A DNA stretch of 62,368 bases, counting the filler, from Choristocarpus tenellus KU-1152 (taxonomy: Eukaryota; Protista; Phaeophyceae): NCBI GenBank assembly GCA_964200185.2. It is 10 parts of 10 records of this genome, joined end to end, with 100 filler letters (N's around TTAATTAATTAA, not from the genome) between each part and the next. Parts side by side here need not be neighbours in the genome. Positions count along the whole stretch, not along the records: positions 23,868 to 27,089 come from CAXNAD020021437.1; positions 27,190 to 34,742 come from CAXNAD020005974.1; positions 34,843 to 37,638 come from CAXNAD020024682.1; positions 37,739 to 42,480 come from CAXNAD020013249.1; 6 more parts are not named here. One strand, 5' to 3'. Under the pieces are notes generated by a model that saw nothing but the letters and a program-made list of their open reading frames with translations, did not search any database and was not told the origin of the DNA. Positions 24,729 to 37,860 of the stretch are shown here, piece by piece. The position numbers and the translations under genes are program-made. How positions within the stretch are numbered: position 1 is the stretch's first letter; each line of letters opens with the position of its first letter.

Positions 24729-26200
24729 ATGTTGCGGTTGTACCCAATCCTTCCTACTCTTCGCCAAGCCCTTCAAAACCTACACGGGGTCTCTCTAGTT
24801 GCCCCTTATATATACCATGAATGCACCCAATTTCCACCTCCCCTCTGTATTACTATCTCTGACGCCTCCATTGTTGCCACCCTCATTGCCCCTCCTATCC
24901 TGTCCGAGTGCAGGGCATATTCCTCCGGTCTCAACCTAAGCTCCTCCACCATTCTTTTCACGACATCCGTTGCTTGACCCCTCGTAATCACCCTCCACCT
25001 CTCCCCATCCCTATACGTCATAAGTGGGGCGCCCGGAGTGAATTTTGGGAAGCATTCCATAATTGTTACCACCACCTCAAAACCCCCCATGTTTTTCTCC
25101 TACTCATACCCTTTGACCCTCTTCAGAAAATCATGATGTGTTGCGTGGAAAGTTAAGAAATTGATTGGGGTAGTAATGGATTTTGTTGAAATCATACCTT
25201 TTGATTGTACCTACTTGGTTCCCCTTACTCCTGCAATAAGTCACTTGAACTCCACTCAAGCCTTCGCAACATCCAACTCTCGACTTCTTGGGACCCACCA
25301 CCTACTCAATCCTCTCTATGTACGGAACTCAGGCCACTGTTCCCAGACTGTCTTATAACACTTCTGACTAGACGACGCAACTGAGCCTCTGGCGTATAGG
25401 ACTGAAAGGCTCTTAAACACATCATTTCCCATTCCCAACCCAGGGGCTGTTCCTCCCAGTCAACACGTGGACAAGCATGTTGAAGGTTAGATTGAGCCTT
25501 TTTCTTTCCCCCATCTTGGTATTCCATCTACCAGATCATTCTTCTTCCCATTAATGTGTTCTGCTGCAAAAGACCATTCCCCTGCTACCTCTAATGCCCC
25601 CGTTATCCTCCTCAATCCTCCCGCCCTCCCATCTCTTGCCCCCCCACACTTAGAAATCAATGAACTGGAGACTTGTTGTCTCTTAACCATACTGAGTCAC
25701 CCTTCTTTGTCGTTCCCCCTATCTTCAATACCAATAACCACACATTCACTAGCATCTCCAACAATTCTAGTATATTGATTGATATACTCCTCTCTCTCAT
25801 TTTACCAGACTTCATGTGACATCCTCCTTCACACACTCTGGGTACTCATGCCTCCACCACTTACCCATCTCCACGTTGTAGCCTCCTACTTCTGTAAAGC
25901 ATGCATTTGAGTACCCTGTCTTCTCTGGTGGTCTAACCACATACCCCATAACTGGAAACTCAGGTTCTCTCCTCTTTCTGCCAACACTCATCCTACCACC
26001 CACCTCCACCTGTACAAGTCTTCCTTAAATTCCCTATCCTGAACTCTGTGTTTACTTCCCTCATCCTCGCGCTCTGTTCTCTCTGACCTACCTCATGTGT
26101 TATCATACTTGGCTTCCCTTTCCTTGACCCTGAAACTCTAATCCCTGCTCTATGTCTATCCCCTCTGATCCCCCTTTATCCACTAGTCAACCTGATCAGC
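24729..26200 (-). mobile_element. Degenerate DIRS/Ngaro-type tyrosine-recombinase retrotransposon (RNase H + YR remnants)
   Basis: RNase H-like WSFAAEHINGKKNDLVDGIPRW (25487-25690) and YR catalytic region EEYALHSDRIGGA...SEIVIQR (24806-25090). Confidence 0.8.
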
Positions 26201-27189
26201 CCTCCTCCCCCCCGGTGTAATCCCAACAGGTACGCCAGCCGCCAAAATAAAGCCCCAAGGCAGACTTGTGGGACCTATGACCCACCTTACTTTTTATTTT
26301 GTATATTTTAGGAACAAATTATAAAATGGCCAAACCAGCCAGTCTCCAATGAAATATCCTTGGTTTATGGTATATTTCATCCTCATAATGTCCCTTGTAG
26401 TCGTTATCGGGTTCTATCACTTGCAGCTATGCCTCCATACTCTTTGTACCCTTGTTCTTGGCTACCCTCACCATCCTTGTATTTCTGATATTGGACTGCC
26501 TTTTACTTTTTTTTGGTTTCTCCCCAGATATAACCCACACCATACCTCAAATCTGTATCGGTTGTGTTTTATTTTATCCCAGATGTTCTGAGCTAGAAAC
26601 TGTAGTACTGAATGCTTTGATGGGTTTCGGCTGGTTCTTATTAGAGGTTCCATAAGTCTATCCTTCCCCCTCCCCCCCCCCTTTTCGTTCTAGGAATATC
26701 AGTTCTTGACTTCTCTTACATTGGAAGGCTGTTGAAGGTCACCTCAATCCAATGTCTGCGCCATACCTGTATTCTCAATTCCACATTCCCACCCCTAGTC
26801 AGGAATCTACCCATTGCTAAAACATTGTTCATGCACCATCACCGGCAGCGCCTTGCGTAATCTGATACTTACTAGTCTGGATGGGTTCTTTAAGGACCGG
26901 AACGTGCAACATACATGCATTAGTCTAGAGCATTGACAGCTGCCAGTGAGTTGTCTAGGACGTGAGAATTCTTAGTTACATCATGTATTTGGGATCAGCA
27001 AAGTGCGCATTAGTCTGAAGTGATTCAGGGGTTCATCTAAACAATCCACATCTCCCTTGATGATCATTGACCCAAAGCATCTGGGGGGGNNNNNNNNNNN
27101 NNNNNNNNNNNNNNNNNNNNNNNNNNNNNNNNNTTAATTAATTAANNNNNNNNNNNNNNNNNNNNNNNNNNNNNNNNNNNNNNNNNNNN

Positions 27190-28206
27190 CTGGTTGGGCT
27201 ACAAGGGCTCTGAAGCTCGAAAGAAGATCGAAAGCGCTCGCAAGGCGGAGGAGAAAGAGATTGTAACAAAGGCAGCTGTGGAGACTTTCGATATCACCAA
27301 AGACTCAAAGTATCTTAGAGGGTAGAGCCGCGTCCATTTGGGGGCCAAAATCCAATTTTGCTATTTTGATTTAACTTTGGCTATCGTGTTTGTTAGGAAG
27401 TATCAATATCCTTGTTCCGAACACACCTTTTCATAAGGTGTACATTTTACCTACTCCGAATCATTTTGGAGTAGACAAATGTCATAAAAAAAAACTTGGG
27501 AAGCCAAGCCTCAAATGGACAAACATGATGAAACTCGTACCCTCTAAGATACTTTCACTCCAAATCCTTTACTTTGAAGAGGTCACGAAGCAGGTGGAGG
27601 TCGCAATTGACAAGGACGCCAGGAGGGGAGAAGAGGAGGTGAGATTGAGACTATCTGCACACCGATGGTTTGGTGTCTCCCACTTCTTGCAAGATGCCGT
27701 GCATTCACTTTTGTTCCTGGACTTAGGGTTGGACGTATAAAGTTGATTAAGGCTTTCTCCCAGCCTGCATTCATTCGAGAAATCAACATAATTTTCGATC
27801 AACTCAAGCCTGTCCTCCCTTGCCCTTGCGCCTTGATAAAATATCACCAACCCAGGAAACACAGACGACGCGCATTTCCAGTGCTCAACAAGGAAATGTG
27901 ATAGTAAAGGCTCTAACAATGCGAATTCTGTACCTGTGTATGAACGACATGAAAGGCCATCAAACCGTGCTCGAGATGGTAGTAAGATATGCGATGGTCA
28001 GGTCGGAAACTGTGAGTGAATGGGAGAGAGACTTCCTAACTAAGGGCCACATCAAGTTATCAGAGCAAGGGCGCTACGAGAGGCGTTTCGTTCCGGGCCT
28101 CGATGAGGACATCCTTGTCGAGGTCAAAGAGTGGGTGCGCGAACACACAGGAAGAAATGGTAGGGAGGCTTCCCCCCCCCCTAAACCCTACACTTTAATC
28201 AAGTAA
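27190..28206 (+). mobile_element. Degenerate DNA-transposon ORF (N-terminal HTH region of a DDE transposase), interrupted by a MITE
   Basis: TVSEWERDFLTKGHIKLSEQGRYER...DEDILVEVKEWVRE resembles the HTH-linker region of eukaryotic DDE transposases. Stops are present. Confidence 0.45.
27302..27560 (-). mobile_element. MITE family A copy, TSD CAAA
   Basis: TIRs GACTCAAAGTATCTTAGAGGGTA / TACCCTCTAAGATACTTTCACTC, with CAAA on both flanks. Confidence 0.92.
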
Positions 28207-28727
28207 TAGTGCATCTGTTGCCACTCTTGGTGACCTCCAATCCAGGGTTCGAACCCCAATATGAGCGCCCTTTCTTCAAAAAAATGAAAAAAATGGCGAA
28301 AAAAACGAAGCGCATACTCTGGACGACCTTGTGACAGGCGTCATGAATATGCTTTTATTTTTTTAACCCGATGTCTACATCAAACTTTATGACGGGACAA
28401 CTCCAGAGGGTGAAACTACTGGTGGTACCACCATACATTATTATTATTATTTTATTTTATTTTATTTTCTCCCATTCTTCTTGCTCTCATTACCTACCTT
28501 GTTTTTCTTCTGTTTTATTTTTTCTTCTTTATTTTATTTTTCAATATTTTTCATTGCCTGTTTTGCACACTAGCAGGCTTGAGTACGCTTTGTGCTTGGG
28601 GAGCACAGGACAGGCAATCAGCAGGTCATGAGTAGTACAGGGGTTGTGAGCCTACTCCTTGATACCACTTACGATTCAGACTCACAATAGAACTTTGCAG
28701 TCTTTGGAAAACAGAGGACCCATTAAT

Positions 28728-28981
28728 GAGTGAAGGTATCTTAGAGGGTACGGGTTTTACCCTGTTTGTCCAATTGGGGCTTGGCTTCCCTCGGTTTTTG
28801 AGACATTTTCCTACTCCAAAACGTTTCGAGTAGGCAAAATATATACGTTATGAAAAGATCTGTCCGGAAGAAGGATATTGACACTTCCTAACAAACACGA
28901 TAGCCAAAATTACATCAAAATCAAAACATTGGATTTTGGCCCTCAAATGGACGCGACTCTATCTCTAAGATACTTTGGCTC
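28728..28981 (+). mobile_element. MITE family A copy
   Basis: Full-length GAGTG...GGCTC. TSD not preserved. Confidence 0.9.
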
Positions 28982-29291
28982 AGTTGTAGGCCTAATCAGA
29001 GCTGTATACTTTGTAACTTTTGAAGGTCAGTTTCAGAAAGAACAAGTATATACTCGGAATAGGTCAGATACCATTAGACTGAGATTGTATCCTGTGACCT
29101 TGTGGACAGACACTTTCAAAGAGAAAATTGAAAAAATAATCACATTTGTAATTAGGGGGATCGGAACTGGGGACCCATATATTCTAGGCCATGTCAGAGA
29201 TGTATGCTTTGTAATTTTTGAAGTTGTGTTTCAGAAGGAACAAATGCATACTCAGATCAGCCCAGATGCAAACCGACTCTGATGATATTCT

Positions 29292-29549
29292 GAGTGAAAG
29301 TATCTTAGAGGGTACGAGTTTTGCCCTGTTTGTCCATTTGGGGCTTGGCTTCCTATCGGGTTTTTTGTTACATTTTCCTACTCCACAAAGTTTCGAGTAA
29401 GCAAATTGTACACGTTATGAAAAGATCTGTCCGGAACAAGGATATTGACACTTCCTAACAAACACAATTTCCAAAAATTAATCAAAATCGCAATATTGGA
29501 ATTTTGCCCCCAAACGGACGCGGCCCTACCGTCTAAGATACTTAGGCTC
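29292..29549 (+). mobile_element. MITE family A copy (flanks TTCT/TTTT)
   Basis: Full-length copy with TIRs. Confidence 0.9.
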
Positions 29550-30546
29550 TTTTGTGACCCTTGGAACAAAAACTCCCAAGGAAAACAAGACTATTTGTTG
29601 ATCTATTTTGGGCCAAGTCGGAGTCAATTGTTTTTATATTAAAATATATACTTTGATTTGGTCAGACATTTATTGATTCTGACTATACCTTACGACTTTT
29701 GGGGTTCATTCCCAAAAGAAATTAGGATGTATGTCGATCATGTTGGAAACAACTGACGAGTTTGGAACTGGAGCCCCTCTGTCATTTCATGCCAACCAAT
29801 ACATACTGCTACAGCACGATCTGAGGTGATGGATGATATCTATTGTCTTAACCGGTGACAATCGCCTGTTGTAAGCGTGAAAGATGTATACCTAGTTCAC
29901 GCTGAGGGGCATGTTACAGGCAAATAGCGCAAGCATTTATTCCCGCACTTTAACCAGCGCGAGCAATGTACGCGCGTGTGGAACCCCAAAAGGGGGAACT
30001 CCGATTTGCTAAAAGTTGCCGAGTAAGATGTGTAACTTGGGAATGTATGCAATGGTTCTCGTATGTATTTCTACATCTGTAAACTGAAATAAATATATAA
30101 AGGTAAATGGTGTCAAGAGGCCCCAAACGGCTCACTCTTAACTGATACCAATTCTCATATTCATGTTTATTGATCCGTAAGAGTATCCTTATCTGCTGAC
30201 CTGATATTCATAATCCTCGTTGGACCTTTTGAATGTCGGAGTATCCCAGGAGTTCTGTACAAGCATCAGCGCCATCTATAGGCTTGTGGATAGGAGCTAT
30301 ATTCCGTGGAGGTAAACCTTTGGAGCGTGCTGTAATACCTTGTCTCTGTGAGACAGAGTCCATTAATCTTTCAAGAGACCGGTCTCAGAGTCGGACTTCT
30401 GTTGATTTAGTTTTATCAAGAGTCAAGGATTCCCTTTTAAGTCTCTCCCTGTCACAATGATCATCCACTCTCGTCAGATACACTCTCCACTCTGATCCTT
30501 GTCCAACCTTACCTCATGCTCTCGGTTACAGTTTGTTTCAGTCGGT

Positions 30547-30809
30547 GAGTGAAAGTATCTTAAGAGGGTACGAATTTTGCCCTGTTTGTGCGCATTTGGG
30601 ACTTTGGCTTCCCACGGGGTTTTTTATGACATTTTCCTACTCCGAAATGTGTAGGAGTAGGTAAAATATATACGTTGTGGAAAGGTGTGTTCGGAACAAG
30701 GATATTGGCACTTCCAAACAAACACGATAGCCAAAATTATATGAAAATCGCAAGATTGGATTTTGGACCCCAAACGGACATGGCTCAACCCTCTAACTTA
30801 ATTTGACTC
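30547..30809 (+). mobile_element. MITE family A copy, TSD CGGT
   Basis: Full-length copy with CGGT on both flanks. Confidence 0.92.
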
Positions 30810-31279
30810 CGGTCTTGTTCATCTTGTGTCATGATTCTCTGCACCATGCTTCCGACACCACCACAGCATCGTACCATTCACATTCGTCACACTTTTCCAA
30901 ATTATTTTATATACTTTCAGTATTCAGTGTGCATTTATATATGTAGTGCAGAATATAATCATCTCGCCTGTTTAGAGTGTACCAATATCGTCCATACTTT
31001 GAGCGTTTCCATACCGTAACAACTGTTGTAGATATGCCAAAATTTATAAATTATGCCCTCTGTCATTTGCAGATGTGTCAAGGGAAAACCCGATGAAAGT
31101 CAATTCAATATCAGAATAATCTCTGAAAAAGAAACAGTTGTCGAAAATGTGAAAGATATCTCTCTAAAGTCTATTTACTATTTGACTACCAGCTATATTA
31201 CACCACTCCCCTCCCATGCCTCCAGCCTAGCTTTGCCCTACACCACAGGGCTAGGAGCTAGGGAAGCATCCCAATAATC

Positions 31280-31900
31280 TGACAGGACCCTCCTTGCCCA
31301 ACTCTCTGGTGTCTCCAGCTTAAAATGCATGATACGTCTTGATAGAGCCACTTGTGTTGTGACAAACACTATCTGTCGTAGACGGGATTTGACAGCTATT
31401 TTCATGCTGTAGCCTCTGCTGTAGCCTCCCACCCCCCTCCCCCCTATTGCATGTGTGGCTAACTCGTCCAGAAAACGTTCTGCTTACCTGCAGAGACGCC
31501 CAAAACTTTCCATTGCGAAGGTGTTGAGGTTATAATTACAAGGATCAAAAGAACCTCGTAGTGGGTGCTCTTTCACGGTCTAGGAGTTGACGTAGACGCT
31601 TCACAATCGGTGTGTGTTGGCAGACCTGTTCCTCTGCCCTAGGGAAGGTATGAGCAAGTCTAGTGTCCACATTATGCCTCCTACATCAAGGCACTGGGCA
31701 CCTGTTGGATAGGCCCTTCTCCCTCCCTAGGGATCTGCTGGTAGTGACTCTAAACTCTATGGGAGGTATTTGGCGAGCTGGTTCCAGGGGTAGTCTGGAG
31801 GCCCATGCATTTGCCTCTAGTGGGTAGGGTTGCTCGTGTACAGGGTGAGACCGGGATCGCAATAGGAGGTCTAGTTAGTGAAACTCCAACACTACCTGAA
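31280..31900 (-). mobile_element. 3' relic of a non-LTR retrotransposon with restriction-like endonuclease (CRE/R2-like)
   Basis: Translation GSFDPCNYNLNTFAMESFGRL...FLDELATHAIGG...KSRLRQIVFVTTQVALSRRIMHFKL, typical of the RLE C-terminus. Contains stops. Confidence 0.7.
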
Positions 31901-32264
31901 CCAAGATGTGGGTCGTTGACTTGGTTCTGGCGCCTAACCCTCCATGGAAGCCACGATAATGACAACCTTCAATAAGGGTAGAGGACGTGGAAGAAATGGG
32001 GTCCACCAGAAACGGTAAGGGACCACGCGAATAAATTAGCGTAGGACACGGTTTCCTTCCTGATCACTGGGGATAAAAAAAAAAACATTTACCTCTTGTC
32101 CACACTGCTCCGTTGATCAGCCAGGGCTAGCAGGGAACTTTCTTTACCTTGTTCTGCATCATCGTAAGAACCCCTGTAAAGGTAACAGTTGTAACAAAAT
32201 TATTTTTTTATGTGTCCTATTAAATACACCAATGTGGATTGGATTGAGATCAGGTATAACGGGA

Positions 32265-34729
32265 GGTGTTACAGGCACGCTCCAGAATTTAACCTCCACA
32301 TGATGTGTAGCTCAAATCCACAGGTTAAGGAACATCAGCTCAGCTAACAGGGGTACTCTCAATGAATCAATCAGCATAAGAAATGTTTATTGGTATTAGA
32401 TTAAGAGAGTGCTTTAAGAGGGTCTCCTTAGACCCGAACTGAGCCATTTGGAGCCGTGTTTAGGATCTCTTATGATCATTTACTGTTGGGGCTTCTTTGG
32501 TTTACAGACATTGGAATATATCTGAGAACCCTTGCGACTTTCCCGAGTTACAGATATTATTCTACAACTTTTTAGCAAATCGAAGTTCCCCCTTTAGGGG
32601 TTCCCCACACGTGTACATTGCTCGCACCGGTTAAAGCGCGGGAATAAATACTCGCGCTATTCGCCTGTAACATGCCCCCCAGCGTGAACTAGGTATACAT
32701 GTTTCACGCCTACCACAGGCAATTGTCACCGGTGAAGATAATAGATATCATCCATCACCTCAGATCGTGCTGCAGTAGCATGAATTGGCTGCCATAAAAT
32801 GAACGAGGGGCTCCGGTTCCAAACTTACCAGTTATTTCCAACATAGGGACTCCGGTTCCAAATTAACCAGTTGTTTCCAACAAATGATCGACATATCTCT
32901 TAGTTTCTTTTGAGAATACATCCTCAAAGATCTTAAGACACAGTCAGAATCAATAAATGCCTGACCAAATCAGAGTATATACTTTTTATATATATATATA
33001 ACATCAACTAACTAGGCCCAGAATCGATCAACACATATTCTTGTTTTTCAGAAGAGGTACAGAATATCATGAGAGACAGTTTGCATCTGGGCTAATCTGA
33101 GTATATACTTGCTCCTTCTGAAACACTACTTGAAAAGTTGCAAAACATACATCTCTGACATGGCCTAGAATAAATGGGACCCCAGTTAGTTCCGATCTCC
33201 CTAACCGCAAATGTGGTTAATTCATCTCCATGTTCTTAAAAAATGTCAGTCCACAAGGTTACAGGATGTAACCTCGTTCAAACTGCGTCTGCCTAATCTG
33301 AGTATGCATGTTCCTTCTGCACTGGGACTTCAAAATAACAACAAAAAAACAAAAAACATCCTATATAAAAAAACGTCTACTACAGCGATTGTCACCGGTG
33401 AAGACAATATACATCATCAATCGCCTCAGATCATCTTATAGCAAGGAGAAGGAAGAGCAAAAAAAAAGCCTAACTCCTACTAGGCCCAAACATATATCCT
33501 TATCTTACTTGGGGAAATCTGTCTGCATCTAGCCTAATCTGGATATACCTTTACTCTTTCTAAAGTACAGCTTACTTAAGGTGTTAAGTATAATCTGATT
33601 ATTGCCTGCCTCATGCCCCCTAGTACGAAGCATACTGACGGCTGCTAGTGCGTAAAACAGGCAATAGCATCGACATCAGCGCCAAAAATATAATAAAATA
33701 AAATAAGGAGACAAGGAACAGAAAAGAAAGAATTGAAGGTAGAGTCAAGTGAGGATTTAAGGGAGAAAGAAATAAAATGATAATAAAAAAGAGGAGAAAA
33801 AATAAAAGCATCCTATGAATATTATTGTCTGGTCTGGTATGGGTTACCATGGTCATTTGTTGGATATTTTTGAAAGAAGCGAATCATTTCGTTTTTGTTC
33901 AACTCTTCCTAATCTCCATCATTAAACCGTACCCTCCAGTAAGGTGACATGAAGTCAATAACTGTACCTGTGTACCACTTACCTCTTCCTTTCTCGTCCT
34001 TCCATGACTTCTTGACAGTGGTACCTGTGGGGAAAAGGCGTAGTGTATCCTCTCGGGACAGGGGTTTTCCTTGGCGCGAGGTGTCGATAGGACGTGGGCT
34101 TGAGTCTGGATTATAGAGGTCCCAGAGGGCGTGGAAGACATCCAACTGTAGTCGGGTGGAGCTATCCATAGCTTCTTTTTCGGTTGTCCAATCTGACAAT
34201 TCTCCATTCTGACACTTCCCCTTGTACCCCCAGTGCCATATATTGGATGGCGACAGTACTGATTTTCTATCAGTGACATAGGGGTTGCTACTACGGATTG
34301 CATTAGACCTAAGTCCGATTCCCACACCAGTTGGGCATATTCATCCTGAAAGTTATGTCTCATATGCATAGGTCTTACGTGGAAGGGTTTCACATGGGAA
34401 GCATGAACATTACGTGTGCGTGTTTGCCTACCCAGTAATTCGACTGTCATGCTACTACTCTGATGTGAAACTTCCTTTATAGTCCACGGTCGTGTCCATC
34501 TTTCATGGACTAGCTTCCTGCCCACTCTTGTCTCATCTATTTTTTTCCCATCGATAGAGCTGTCTACTTCTTTCACTAAAACTAGGTCACCTGGTTTGGA
34601 TCCTAGTCCTGGGGAAGACCTGGCAATTGAAGCATTGACTCTCTCTCTGTATTGCTGTCTTGCAGACATCCTTCTCTCCAGGACTTCTCGCACCTCCCTG
34701 AAGTTCTGTCTGCGTTGCTCAAGGGTCAA
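32265..34729 (-). mobile_element. Ty3/gypsy retrotransposon 3' half: integrase C-terminus, chromo-like and Tudor-like domains, PPT (~33616-33623) and 3' LTR (~33613-32265)
   Basis: KPGDLVLVKE...KLVHERWTRPW...VHASHVKPFH (integrase GPY/F region). After a frameshift: YKGKCQNGELSDWTTEKE and FPTGTTVKKSW...YTGTVIDFMSPYWRVRFNDGD*EEL. Confidence 0.8.
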
Positions 34730-36464
34730 AGTATCTGGGGGGNNNNNNNNNNNNNNNNNNNNNNNNNNNNNNNNNNNNNNNNNNNNTTAATTAATTAANN
34801 NNNNNNNNNNNNNNNNNNNNNNNNNNNNNNNNNNNNNNNNNNGGGGTTATTTTGTCAGCAATTCTCAAAAACTGAAATTCAACTTCATCTTATAAGGATG
34901 TGATTTGTTCCACTATCACATTCCAAGTGATATCAATTTAGAAGTAGAGGAGCACTGAGCCTGTCTCACCAAAAAGTAGTCTCAAACAGATACATACCTC
35001 TGTGAAAATACATCCAAGAGTCGAGAGCCACCCACCCATAAATTCACTTCTCGCTTGGTTGCAAAAGCAAGCCATATACCTCCATTTTTCTATCCACCAC
35101 AGGCATTTTGGGTAGTAAGGTCTGTGCCGCAGGCGGGAGTTCTAGGATAGTACATGCTCTGGATTTTTCGAATTTACTCCAAACAGAATCATAACAGCTC
35201 TTAGTTTGAAAGCAAGTCGCAGGCACAATTCAAATAGGTTTTGTCCAGTGCATTTTGATAATTGAATAGGATGAGCAGGTGGAGTCAAAAATAAATGAGA
35301 AACCCAGCTAATGGTATATGAAAGTGTTCGTCCTTAAATTACTACATAACCACAGTTCGACTGTTGTCAAAAAAACAAACATGCATTTCCAATATATATT
35401 CCCAGTACATTACAAATATTCGTGTAGAACACTAAATTCTTCGAAATATGTTTGTACTCTCACACACATTATCAAGAAGCATCACTAACTACTACACATT
35501 CTTACTTCAATGTAGAAACGATACTATTCTGATTTCCCTTATACCCTTCATTCATCTTGCCCCTTGCAGCTGGTTCTCGCCCAGCTGCGAGAACGTCTGG
35601 AGGATACACAGGTGCAATTGTTGCACAAGTCCGAGAGCCCCACACGCCGACTCTTTCGCAAGCTGGTGGAGGAGTTCTCAAGACCTGACACATCCAGTGG
35701 CACTCAGCTGGCGCGGCATGAAAAAACGCCTCCCTCCTCTACCCAACGGCAACAGTCACATGAACCAAATCCAACGTTTCTGGTGCAGCCAAAGTAGCAG
35801 TAGTCTCAGCAACAGCTACAGCACCAAACCACCAGCACCAAACCACCAGCACCAACCAACTGTGCCGCCTGACACAACAGCTCAAGAAGAGGAGAACCGA
35901 GAAAACTCCTGTTCGGACCAAGTATAAATCGCTAGCTAGGAAACGTTAGACACAAACAGGGCAAACAGAAGCATGGCAGGAGAGAATGCTGTCGCTCTGC
36001 CGCCTGGTGATGCAAAGGGACAACAGCAATGCAATGAAAGGTCAATTTCCAGCCTTGACTATTCTCCTTTTGGAGAAGATACTCGTGCTGGCAGGAGGTT
36101 GCAAACCCAAATGAGAACGAGTAGGGTGAGACGAGGAAGGCTATACACGATATACCATGTGATATACCAAGAAGATGTAGGGGATGGGAAAGTACTACGG
36201 CATTCATGTGGATATGTACAATTTCAGCAAGTCGCCAGGAGAATAGATGGGTACTCTCATATTTTCAAGTCAGTTGTAGAAAGCACACGTCATAAGTCAT
36301 GTCAGTGTCATTCGAGTATACAACACACAGTATCAATTCCTACTGTTCAGCAACACTATCCACTACCATCAATGGTTCGAGTAGCACCCTATGTCAATTA
36401 TCGCACTGGATACCTGCCTGTACTACTTCACGGCCTTGGTCTCTTCGCACAGTACTAATGTGCT

Positions 36465-37202
36465 TCAAAAACATGAATGAAGCAACCAACTGTAGTTCAG
36501 TTCTTCTGCAATACACTTTATCTTGGTACTTATGAAATGAATGGGAAAGCGGCGGGAGCAAGAAGAACTCCTATCACAGCTCAAGCTAATATGTCGTTGT
36601 TTTCTTCTTCCTCGTGATGAGAATACAAAAGAGGCCGCAAACTGAGCACAGATCAGATATAATATGATGAGCCAGTCTTCCATATTTTGAAACAATACTC
36701 CCAAACAAGGGAGTACAGACTGACAGGCAGACTCTAAGGCAAGTGCAGAAAACACGTTTCCTCGTCCTGCACCCACAATGGAATCACAGAGAAGAAGTAA
36801 GACACAGGTTGAAGCCTCTAACTTCCTGGCCTCAGAATCCGCCTCTCCTCCACTACGAGCTGTGCCTGTTGCTGTGGAGTGAAAGTATCTTAGAGGGTTC
36901 GAATTTTGCCCTGTTTGTCTATTTGGGGCTTGACTTCCCATGTTTTTTTAATGACATTTTCTTACTCCAAAATGTTTCAAAGTAGGTAAAATGTATACGT
37001 TATGAAAATGTGTGTCCAGAACAAGGATAATGACACTTTCTAACAAACGCGATAGTCAAAATTACATCAAAATCGCAACATTGGATTTTGGCCCCCAAAT
37101 GGACGCGTCCCTACCCTCTAAGAAACTTTGACTCGTGGGTGCTGCTGCTGTGTTTGCAACACCTGCTACTGCTGGACATTCTTTGGCCATCCCAGTCAAT
37201 GC
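36465..37202 (-). pseudogene. Exon-like reading frame interrupted by a family A MITE
   Basis: ORFs 37062-37277 and 36465-36941 are in the same frame. Removing the MITE plus a 3-bp duplication restores ...ANTAAAPTATGTARSGGEADSEARKLEASTCVLLLLCDS... Confidence 0.35.
36877..37134 (+). mobile_element. MITE family A copy (flanks GTG/GTG)
   Basis: Full-length copy with TIRs. Confidence 0.9.
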
Positions 37203-37738
37203 CTGCTCAGTGGGAGGAACAGGGTATGGTTGCAACTCATATATAAGTAACCTCCTAGGGAAACCTAGTGGGGTCACTGTGTTCGTTGCTGAACATTACC
37301 TACCCTAGCACTTACTGTCCATAATAATGTTGCCCTGGCTTACCATTCCTAGCCTACCCCTGACCTCTCTAAATATCCTCTATTCCTTCTTAGGTCAAAA
37401 ACGAGATGCATTCACTCATGGCATACTGCACCAATAAGAAAGGGTAAAAGGGTAAAGGTTAGGGAAAGTGAACTCTAGGAGGGTGGTGGGCCAACACATC
37501 AATACTACAGAGGAGATGTTGGCTAGTATATACCGTAACCCTTACATGATCGGGCTGTTGGCATTGAAGGTTATATAGTCGGCAGCTGAGGAATTGGGTC
37601 AGGCGGGGGGGGGGTATATTGGTTTTCGACATAGTGTCNNNNNNNNNNNNNNNNNNNNNNNNNNNNNNNNNNNNNNNNNNNNTTAATTAATTAANNNNNN
37701 NNNNNNNNNNNNNNNNNNNNNNNNNNNNNNNNNNNNNN

Positions 37739-37860
37739 CTCTTTCAATGCCATACTACTCTGTTCAATACCATACTGTATTCAATACCATACTCTATTTA
37801 ATATATCATACTCTTTCAATGCCATACTACTCTGTTCAATATCATACTGTATTCAATATC
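37739..37860. repeat. Diverged ~19-bp tandem repeat (TTCAATRCCATACT core)
   Basis: Seen directly. Confidence 0.75.

Larger units (their letters stand above)
28540..30340 (+). mobile_element. 3' end and LTR of a Ty3/gypsy retrotransposon (inverted homologue of 32265-33665), carrying two MITE insertions
   Basis: Long reverse-complement similarity to 32265-33665, e.g. 29800-30020 vs 32565-32780. Purine tract GGGGAG at ~28597. Confidence 0.7.

Noticed and set aside
35448-36458. Plus-strand ORFs (coiled-coil, Gln-rich and weak Tudor-like pieces) as a gene
   Set aside because: Broken by stops and frameshifts and could not be assigned. Probably TE-derived debris.
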